From a virus (Duplodnaviria; Caudoviricetes): 64,000 nt of DNA. Below, in pieces: positions 56,689 through 64,000 of the stretch; the stretch's first letter is position 1; each line of letters begins with the position of its first letter. The notes beneath the pieces were generated by a model that saw only the letters and a program-made list of their open reading frames with translations, had not been told where the DNA came from and made no database searches. Position numbers and translations under genes: made by a program. The stretch lies in the IMG/VR virus record IMGVR_UViG_2684623061_000003, positions 2,999 to 66,998 of that record; one strand, given 5' to 3'.

Positions 56689-57177
56689 TCACTGCACTGG
56701 TTTTGCTTGGTGCTGACTGAACTTGAACGGCTGCGAGTAGTGCCAGCATCCATCTGGCTGCCGAAGCTTCAGTCGATAGAGTTCACGTGGGCCGCCACTG
56801 CCGGAGGCGACGAACTCATACGATCGTCCGGGCTTCACCCCCACGATCTTGTTTGCTGGCTCTGGATGGTCGAGGGCGACGAGATCGAATACCCATTGCC
56901 CACTCGGGTCTAGGTACTCGACCAGAGCGTCCATTGGATAGGCGCGAAGTGGAGGCAACCCTCTGTACGCAGCAAGCTCGAAGGGCTTGGCCGAACTATT
57001 CGTTATTCGATACTTGCCGAGGGTCGCGGAGCCAGCGCTGGATCGCCCGGTACGTTCACCCACAAACACTATGCTGATCTCGCGTGCCTCCTCGATAGGG
57101 GCGTCGCAGGATTCCGCATCTGCAGCTGATAGTGCGGCTAAAAGAATAGGGCTGAGAACTAACAAAATCCATTTCAT
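56689..57177 (-). CDS. Secreted putative immunity protein, family B copy 3
   Basis: Signal peptide; C...GKY...N.S...YP.D...W..D...LDHP...V.PG...YR.K.R...GCW..S..F. Confidence 0.75.
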   Translation of the reverse strand: MKWILLVLSPILLAALSAADAESCDAPIEEAREISIVFVGERTGRSSAGSATLGKYRITNSSAKPFELAAYRGLPPLRAYPMDALVEYLDPSGQWVFDLVALDHPEPANKIVGVKPGRSYEFVASGSGGPRELYRLKLRQPDGCWHYSQPFKFSQHQAKPVQ

Positions 57178-57335
57178 ATGGCTGTCCTGAGCTGATGTCA
57201 TTCGAACCGATCGTGTGCCTCAACCCATGCCGGCGACCACGGCCATTTGGTTTGGGCGGTTGCCTGGCTTGAGCGGAATGAAGAGGGCGCTGAAGCGCCC
57301 TCCTTGCGCCAATCGGATAGTTTCAGAAACCCCGC

Positions 57336-57821
57336 CTAGTGAGGCCCGCTAGATTCGGTGGCATCCGAAACCTGAAATGGTTCTGAAGGCAACCAGCAGC
57401 CGCGCATCTGCCGAATCTTGGCGCGATAGGTCTCCGGCCCGGCGGGCCTACTCTGACCTAGGAATGTCAGCCGATCACCCGGAGGTACTGTAACTGTTGC
57501 AGTTGCGGCCTCCGGGTGATCGATAACCGTCACGTCGTCGCTCCACCCATCGACTGTCTGCTTCTCAATTGTGAAATCGAGTGGGTACAACTTAACCGGC
57601 TCTTTCTCACCTTTATACGTGGCGAATCGCAAGGTCGTCTTTGAGCCGTTGATCAGCAGGTACTTTCCATATACATAGCCCCAATCACGAGCGCGATCTG
57701 CATCCACCCCGCTATAGTTGATCCGAACCCCCTCAATTGGCCTATCGCAGTCACCGTTCGCATGCGAGTGCGCGGGAAGAAGAATGATCATGGGTAGGAG
57801 GAGGGTGGTGATCAGATTCAT
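57336..57821 (-). CDS. Secreted putative immunity protein, family B copy 2
   Basis: Same pattern: DWGYVYGKY, LYPLDF, IDHPEA, RGCWLPSEPF. Confidence 0.78.
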   Translation of the reverse strand: MNLITTLLLPMIILLPAHSHANGDCDRPIEGVRINYSGVDADRARDWGYVYGKYLLINGSKTTLRFATYKGEKEPVKLYPLDFTIEKQTVDGWSDDVTVIDHPEAATATVTVPPGDRLTFLGQSRPAGPETYRAKIRQMRGCWLPSEPFQVSDATESSGPH

Positions 57822-57907
57822 GAGGGGTTCTCTGATGACAGGAAGCATGCCAGACGGCTCGCGCGGGCATGCTTCCCGCACCCTACAAGCTAGTCTTCTC
57901 GCACGAT

Positions 57908-58402
57908 CTAGTTGGAGTCATCCGTTGCGGCGGCTTCGGCGAAGTGAAATTCATCCGAGGTGAGCCAGCAGCCACGCTTCTCACGTATCTTGATCCGATA
58001 CAGCACCGGCTCACTTCGGCGACTCTGCCCAAGAAAGAGCAGTTCGCCCCCTGGCGGCACGCTAACGGTTGCATCCGGTGCCCGTGGGTGATCGAGCGCG
58101 CGCACATCTTCAGACCAGGCACTACCCGATGAGCGCTCAACCTTGAAGCCCATTGGGTACAGAACAACCGGCGCCACGCTATCTTTGTAGCTGTCAAATG
58201 ACAAAGTCTTAGGGGAATTGTTCTTCAGTACGTACTTGCCGTAAATGTAGTGCCAGTCCTTGGCGCGCTCGGCGTCGTTGCCAAGGTATTCAATTCGAAC
58301 AGCCTTCCTTAATCCACCGCCGCATTCTTTCGCGGCAGCTGTTACTGATCCTGATGCGAAAACAATAACGACCGAAATCGCGATTGACTTGAAATTGTTC
58401 AT
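57908..58402 (-). CDS. Secreted putative immunity protein, family B cognate copy
   Basis: ATGA overlap with Rhs stop; DWHYIYGKY, LYPMGF, LDHPRA, RGCWLTSDEF. Confidence 0.8.
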   Translation of the reverse strand: MNNFKSIAISVVIVFASGSVTAAAKECGGGLRKAVRIEYLGNDAERAKDWHYIYGKYVLKNNSPKTLSFDSYKDSVAPVVLYPMGFKVERSSGSAWSEDVRALDHPRAPDATVSVPPGGELLFLGQSRRSEPVLYRIKIREKRGCWLTSDEFHFAEAAATDDSN

Positions 58403-61400
58403 AGCGGCGGCTCCCCAGTTACGGCCATGTGTTCTCCAGGTTTGTCCCATCTCTTACTCGATCTGAGGACGGCTTTCCGTGCGCCGATAGCCAAGAATGA
58501 TCCCATTTCAGCATGGTTTGCGGCGACGCACTCCGTCTCTGCAGCATGAATGTTGGCCTGAAGGACCTTCTCCATCTTGGCCGCACGCTTTCTTGCAGAA
58601 GCCATCCACATCCTCAGATCCTTAACATGCTCATACTCGTCAGTACGTACTTCCTTCGTCAGCTTGGCCGTACTGTAACTGCTCCTGAAGAAGACCAAAG
58701 GCTCTATCGTCACGGAAAACTCATTCAAGCGGTATTGCCCCATGTCGCACTGGCACTTGACGCCAACGGTCCAATCAATGCCCGTTCGCGCCAATGTGTT
58801 TGGCTCATACCCCTGAATGCCATCGCCGGGATAGGTTTCCATCAGACCTCCTCTGGCGACCGCGCCCCACATTTCCCTAGCCGGAAGCTCAGTCCACTGA
58901 AGCAGCCCCGTTGGATCAGTCCAAAGCAATGGGGAGTTACTGACATACCGGTAGGTATTCAAGCCGCCCTGCAGGCCGATCGGATCGCTTTGCAGATATC
59001 TGCCCGTCGCGGGATCATAGTCGCGGAAGAGATTGTGGTGCATCCCGCTGATCGCGTCATATTGCTGTCCGGCGAAGCGTAGATCGAATACAAACGATTG
59101 GCTGTCTTTGTCCGGGTCCTGATTCGGCAGCGTCGCTCCGAAGACATCGCCGGCGAGATCCCAGGTCCACACTGCCCGTTGTCGCGACGGATCAATGATG
59201 ACGCGAGGTGTCCCGAGATGATCAGCCTCGATATACAGAAGCTTGTTTGCTGCAATAAGGCCGACAGGCGTATCCCCTAACCAAATCACTTCCTGGACAG
59301 CAGCGCCGGTAGCGCCATATCTACCGAGGAATCGACCGACCGTATCGTAGTTCGTATAGTCCACAACACTGCCGATTTGCCGCTGAACCCGCTCGCCAAT
59401 GCCGCTATAGCGATAGGTGGCCTTAGTCTGGCCGCTCGCCTTGACGGTGCTCATCCGGCCGGCTGCGTTGTAGGTGAACTCCTTAGCCGCGCCTCCGATG
59501 CTTATCGTGTTACCGGCGCCATCATATGCTCGCGCTACGCCGTTCCATTCGGTCAGGCGATCCACCGCGTAGACTGAGCCAATGCTCGTCGCACCGTTGG
59601 TGATCTCCGTCGTTCGGTTCTGAGTGAAGTCATGGTAGAGGTAAGTCTTGAGCGGAGCGTCTGCTCCCGTCTTGACGTCAGCGAGCTGATTGAGCGTGTC
59701 ATACCCGTACTTTCGCAAGGCCGGTGTGGACTGGTCGCCCCTCCGTAGTTCGGCAAGATTCCCGACCTCGTTGAAAACGAAGCCCACTGAAAGGCCGTCC
59801 ACCCCCGAGTCTTGGATGCTCGTCGGTTGATAGTTGAGGTTGTGCTGTCGGCGCAACCGGCGGCCATTGCCAAAGACGAATTCTCCGGCCGGGCCGAAGG
59901 GGTAGTAGGTGATGCCCGTCAGAAGCGCCTGGCTAGCTTGGCCTGGCCGGGTCACGGTGACGCTTGCGATATTGCCCTCGCTGTTCGCCCCGTACGCGAC
60001 CAGCGTACCGCTTGGGTAGGTGATTGCTTTAAGCCGACCACCCTTGGTGTATTCGTACCGCGAAGTGAACGTCTTCCCGTTGATAGCTTGGATCTTCCTG
60101 ACAATGTTTCCGTAGCGGCCATAGCAATAGTCAGTGTAGCCGGTCGAGTCGGTGATTCGGGCTAGGCGACTCTTGCCGAACTTTTCATCAGTCGCACACG
60201 CTGCGGACGGGAAGTCGTAAGAACGAGATACGTTCAGGGTCGGATCGCTCGGGTAGAGCGTCGACAATGATCGGCCGAGCGCGTCATAGGTGTACTGAGT
60301 GAGCCGTCCGTCTGCGTCGGTCGCCGAGGTCCGGTTCCCTCCGCTGTCATAGGTGTAGGTGCTCGAACCAGTCGCCGGGCTCCTCAACGTCAAGACTTCG
60401 CCAAACCGATTGCGATCGTAGCCGGTCTCGCGACCCAGGCCGTCGTAGGTCGAAATCATCTCGCCAACGGCATCATAGAAGTGACTTGCACCCGTGGTGC
60501 GGCCGGTCAAGTTGGCACGTGTCTGGTCCGTCTGGCGGAACCAATTGGCCGTTTCCGTGCTCTGGCGCCCTAAGGCATCGGTGGTATAGCTCGGTGTGCC
60601 GGCGGCCGAGTATGTAAAGTTGGTCGTACGCCCATAGGCGTCCCTTTCGGCCTTGATCTGCCCCAACTGATTGCGCAGGGTCGATAGGGTGCGCTGAATG
60701 ATGCCGCCCGGGTCCTTGACGTCAGTCTTCTCTGGGCGTCCCTCATTGTCCAGGGTGTAGTGGATACGTGCGCCGGTGGAGCTGATCACATCCGTAAGAC
60801 GGCCGGCTGGGTCGTACTCAAAGCGGGTCGCGACACCATCGGGGTCCGTGGTCTTCTTCACGAGCCCGACTGAGTCGTACTCCATCAAGGTGATTGCATC
60901 ATCCGTCTCCGTGGCGTTGTCGCTTCCGCGTACGACCTGCCTGAGCAGCCACCCACGCGGGTGATATTCCTGATCGGTAACGATACCGTTGGCATCGCGA
61001 CTGGAAATGGCACGGCCACTGCGGTCGTACTTAAGAACCTCGTCGATCTGGCCGAGGGCATCGGTCACCTTCCAAAGGTCGCCCTTTCGGTGATCGCAGC
61101 TGCCGGTGGGGGATGCGCATCCCACGTCGTCCTGGGCATAGTAGGTGAACGTCGTCGTGTCGTTGACATCAGTCCGCGGCCCGTCCACCTGCGTGACCAA
61201 CCCAATGATCGGACAGCTTCCCGCCTGGATATCGGCTGCTTCGCAGAAGCTCGTCGCGCTGGTGCGAGCGGCCCCACTCAGCGGGTCGATCTTGGTCACA
61301 GTGAGCTCTTGCCCGCGTCCGTTATAGGTCCACTGGCGCTTCGTCCAAAGCTCGCCGTCACGGTTGTAGACGCGCTCCTCTGTCGGAACATCGAACGTCG

Positions 61401-62988
61401 GATGCCAATCAATCTGCGTCAGTCGCTCCTCTCGATTCCCGATAGCTTCGCGCTTCTGAGCCACCAATCCGCGAGCGTTGTAATCGTAATCCGCAGACGT
61501 GCGCCCGAAGTCACCAACGCGATCGGGAAAGCCGTTGGCATCGTAGGTGTAGACGGCCGTCGCACTGGCGCAGCCGTCCGTACAGACCCGCTCCGCATCG
61601 GTCGTAAGCTTTCGCCCATTGATCGTCGTGAACTTGTACTTGTATCGAAGGCCGTTCGAATATACGACGTCTGTGGTGCCGTACTGCCCACCTTCGACGA
61701 CGTAGCGCTCCGCTCCCTGGGTGTGCTCAGTCGAGATGGGATTGCCCGTGTTGTCGTAACCAAACTTTGCCTTTACCGAACCGGTCTCGTCCAGGACACT
61801 GGTCAGCAAGCCGCGCATCATGGATTCAGTGCCTGCGTAGTACTGGTATTCCCGCTTATACCCTGAAGTTGCCACGACTTTTTCCAGACGCCGCTCTGTA
61901 TCGTCCGGGAAGGTCGGATAATTCGGACTCAGATAGGTGTAGTTATACCTGACGCCGGTCGGATCGGTCACTGACGAGATAAGGCCGTTGCTGTCATGAT
62001 CGATCTGCAAGGCCCGTCCCTGCGCGTCGGTCACCTTGCTGAGCAGGCCGGCAACGTAATCCAGGGTGAGGTGATAGCCGTCGAGGTAGTCGATGGCCAA
62101 CAAGCGGCCTTCAGCGTCGTAGGTTTCGACGGAGCCGTCGGCGGCGTTGGCCAGCTCCCAGCTAATAGGAAGGCCGGCTTCCAACACTGGGGTCAGAACC
62201 ATCCTAACCTCGGCACTGGGCAACCAGGCGCCATCCACCCTTCGGAACAGAATCTGCATCCCATCGTCTCGGTGGATGGTGATGGCTTTACTTTCGGTCG
62301 AGAACGAATTGAACTCGAGGTTTCGGCTATAGGTATGCCGCCAGTTCTCACCGAGATCGGCCAACCCGACTTCGGGCGCGCTGTTGTAGTAGCGATGGAA
62401 CTTCAAGCCCCGACCGCCATTGCCGGCGTAGTCGGTCTCGTCTTGGAATTTATTTGCGGCGTTAACCACGATTGGGTTTCCGATGCAGTTGTTGCTGCAG
62501 TCGCTTCGGCCCAGGTTCTTGCCGGTGTCTTCCTCGCGATCCTCTAATGGCCAGTACGCGTTGGTCGTACCGTAGTAGTAAGAATAGTGTTCCATCGGCG
62601 GATCATCGGAAGGCGGCAGATCGTATCGATTAGCCATCTCCAGATGGATGGTGAGCAGCCCACCTGTTACCTCGGGCTGCACAACGGCCTTCTTGCAGTC
62701 GGTGATAGTCCATGTCCTTTGGTTGAATCCATCCTGCAGCGGCGGGTATTCAATCAAGTCCTGGGCAGTGTCGATCTTGTGACGCTCGCAAGCTGCCATC
62801 GCCTCACGAAGTGTGTAGGTGTTCGGCCATGCGCCCATCCATACCGGTCCGGGCGCATGCCCCCCCACCGCTGCCTGTCCGGTCTCAACCGGGAACGCAG
62901 CCATGGCCGAGAAGGATGAGACGGAAGCGAGTGCGACCGCTAAGCTTGCGCTCAAAGGATTCATTCGTGTCTTAACAAGCATCTTCAT
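58399..62988 (-). CDS. Rhs/YD-repeat toxin with Sec signal peptide and unrecognised C-terminal toxin domain
   Basis: Signal ...LAVALASVSSFSAMAA; IGNPI...ANK; YD repeats; YLQSDPIGLQGGLNTYRYV..SPLLWTDPTGL. Confidence 0.9.
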   Translation of the reverse strand: MKMLVKTRMNPLSASLAVALASVSSFSAMAAFPVETGQAAVGGHAPGPVWMGAWPNTYTLREAMAACERHKIDTAQDLIEYPPLQDGFNQRTWTITDCKKAVVQPEVTGGLLTIHLEMANRYDLPPSDDPPMEHYSYYYGTTNAYWPLEDREEDTGKNLGRSDCSNNCIGNPIVVNAANKFQDETDYAGNGGRGLKFHRYYNSAPEVGLADLGENWRHTYSRNLEFNSFSTESKAITIHRDDGMQILFRRVDGAWLPSAEVRMVLTPVLEAGLPISWELANAADGSVETYDAEGRLLAIDYLDGYHLTLDYVAGLLSKVTDAQGRALQIDHDSNGLISSVTDPTGVRYNYTYLSPNYPTFPDDTERRLEKVVATSGYKREYQYYAGTESMMRGLLTSVLDETGSVKAKFGYDNTGNPISTEHTQGAERYVVEGGQYGTTDVVYSNGLRYKYKFTTINGRKLTTDAERVCTDGCASATAVYTYDANGFPDRVGDFGRTSADYDYNARGLVAQKREAIGNREERLTQIDWHPTFDVPTEERVYNRDGELWTKRQWTYNGRGQELTVTKIDPLSGAARTSATSFCEAADIQAGSCPIIGLVTQVDGPRTDVNDTTTFTYYAQDDVGCASPTGSCDHRKGDLWKVTDALGQIDEVLKYDRSGRAISSRDANGIVTDQEYHPRGWLLRQVVRGSDNATETDDAITLMEYDSVGLVKKTTDPDGVATRFEYDPAGRLTDVISSTGARIHYTLDNEGRPEKTDVKDPGGIIQRTLSTLRNQLGQIKAERDAYGRTTNFTYSAAGTPSYTTDALGRQSTETANWFRQTDQTRANLTGRTTGASHFYDAVGEMISTYDGLGRETGYDRNRFGEVLTLRSPATGSSTYTYDSGGNRTSATDADGRLTQYTYDALGRSLSTLYPSDPTLNVSRSYDFPSAACATDEKFGKSRLARITDSTGYTDYCYGRYGNIVRKIQAINGKTFTSRYEYTKGGRLKAITYPSGTLVAYGANSEGNIASVTVTRPGQASQALLTGITYYPFGPAGEFVFGNGRRLRRQHNLNYQPTSIQDSGVDGLSVGFVFNEVGNLAELRRGDQSTPALRKYGYDTLNQLADVKTGADAPLKTYLYHDFTQNRTTEITNGATSIGSVYAVDRLTEWNGVARAYDGAGNTISIGGAAKEFTYNAAGRMSTVKASGQTKATYRYSGIGERVQRQIGSVVDYTNYDTVGRFLGRYGATGAAVQEVIWLGDTPVGLIAANKLLYIEADHLGTPRVIIDPSRQRAVWTWDLAGDVFGATLPNQDPDKDSQSFVFDLRFAGQQYDAISGMHHNLFRDYDPATGRYLQSDPIGLQGGLNTYRYVSNSPLLWTDPTGLLQWTELPAREMWGAVARGGLMETYPGDGIQGYEPNTLARTGIDWTVGVKCQCDMGQYRLNEFSVTIEPLVFFRSSYSTAKLTKEVRTDEYEHVKDLRMWMASARKRAAKMEKVLQANIHAAETECVAANHAEMGSFLAIGARKAVLRSSKRWDKPGEHMAVTGEPPL

Positions 62989-63129
62989 TCCTTGGAAGTT
63001 GAATTACGACATCGCCCGAAATCTCAGCCGTCTAACCGTGAACAGTGTTACCTGCCAGTTTCAAGTAGGGGCGTCTCTGGGGCCGAGATGAGGCTCGGGC
63101 GGTCCGTGGCTAGACGCCTATCCATCGCA

Positions 63130-63306
63130 TCATGTTGCTGGCCTGCGGCGCGGCCGGTGGAGCAGTTCTTCCCGCACTACCCGGACATCGTTCGGGGCGC
63201 TAATTCCCATGCGAACCTCGCCATCCCGTCGTGGTTTGAGTAAGCGCACTTCAACGTCGTGGCCAATCATCACCATCTGCCCAGGGCGACGAGTCAGAAC
63301 TAGCAT
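63130..63306 (-). CDS. csrA: Carbon storage regulator CsrA/RsmA paralog
   Basis: MLVLTRRPGQ.VMIGHDVEV...VRMGISAP.DV.V.REEL. Confidence 0.85.
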   Translation of the reverse strand: MLVLTRRPGQMVMIGHDVEVRLLKPRRDGEVRMGISAPNDVRVVREELLHRPRRRPAT

Positions 63307-63326
63307 CGAAGACTGGTGCTTGATCT

Positions 63327-63656
63327 TCATAGGTGCGTAGGCATCAAGCCGTAGATGTCGCAAGCCTCGCGTAACTCACGACTGCTGGAGCTCTCTGCCT
63401 CTTCACAGAATTCAAGAAGTTCATGCGGTTGAAGGTATAGGACTATAGACTCCAGAGCTCCATCGAGATTGGTGGCGCGCACTTCCGTTGGATCTCCCGT
63501 GTGGAGATGCCGATAGCGAGCCCTGGCTCGTGCGGCGGCGACACAGGTCTCCCGCGAAGCGAACGGCACATGTTCGTCTTCGCCGTTGACGGAAACACGC
63601 CAGTTCAAAGATCCGCGGCATACGGCGTCGTAATGTACAACTCTGTTGCTTACCAT
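63327..63656 (-). CDS. Hypothetical protein (DUF2188-like)
   Basis: WRVSVNG....PFASRE.CV.AAR; ATG overlaps upstream stop. Confidence 0.55.
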   Translation of the reverse strand: MVSNRVVHYDAVCRGSLNWRVSVNGEDEHVPFASRETCVAAARARARYRHLHTGDPTEVRATNLDGALESIVLYLQPHELLEFCEEAESSSSRELREACDIYGLMPTHL

Positions 63657-64000
63657 CCCTCGTACTCCTTGAGGACGCCAATCCTTCTGACGAATCCATC
63701 GCCTACCCATTGCGGGTGGTAGCTTCGCCCTTGCATCTGGTCCGGATGCATGAATAGGCTTCGCATCTCGCGCTCATCCGCGCAGCCCAGGTCCGGAAAC
63801 AAAGCCCAGAAGCTGACGTCGATGACCTCTAGACTCGGCAAGGTGAGCCACGCGTGTAGACTTATACGCGCACCAGGCGCGATGCCGGTGCGCAGCATCT
63901 GCTCCAGGCCTGCGATCGGGGTACAACACAGTCGTCGGCCGTTCTGCCGGATGTATCCGAGCGTATAGGCCAGCGGTACCTTAAGCTCCGCTTCCAGCAT
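63650..64000 (-). CDS. Hypothetical protein, truncated at window edge
   Basis: Open to window end; LHAWLTLPSLEVIDVS, YHPQWVG. Confidence 0.6.
   Translation of the reverse strand: MLEAELKVPLAYTLGYIRQNGRRLCCTPIAGLEQMLRTGIAPGARISLHAWLTLPSLEVIDVSFWALFPDLGCADEREMRSLFMHPDQMQGRSYHPQWVGDGFVRRIGVLKEYEGW

Noticed and set aside
50221-63123. Short similarity between the tail fibre gene end and 63100-63123 as a boundary repeat
   Set aside because: Gapped match of about 10 nt; not significant

Overview
GC-rich window, probably from a Xanthomonadales (Lysobacter-like) genome; the host assignment is inference. Positions 1 to about 50,230 are a largely intact temperate siphoprophage. From left to right it has: a serine-recombinase integration module (one large integrase plus two catalytic-domain-only paralogs); a recombination/replication module (Sak4-like AAA, SSB-like, Cas4-like exonuclease, P4/D5 primase-helicase, RuvC-like); a lambda-like cos site; two DNA methyltransferases; a cluster of small genes preceded by six copies of one 31-bp dyad motif; lambda-like head genes; a tail tube and frameshifting chaperone; a lysis cassette placed before the tape measure; and a D3112-like tail tip interrupted by an IS110-family element. 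Four cargo inserts (a small paralog pair, a Vps62-like gene and two ricin-type lectin genes) each sit between diverged direct duplications of neighbouring phage sequence. From about 50,300 to 63,000 there are two signal-peptide-bearing Rhs toxins with two and three paralogous immunity genes, followed by a csrA paralog. No tRNA, rRNA or CRISPR array was seen. Family names come from motif recognition by eye, not from database searches.
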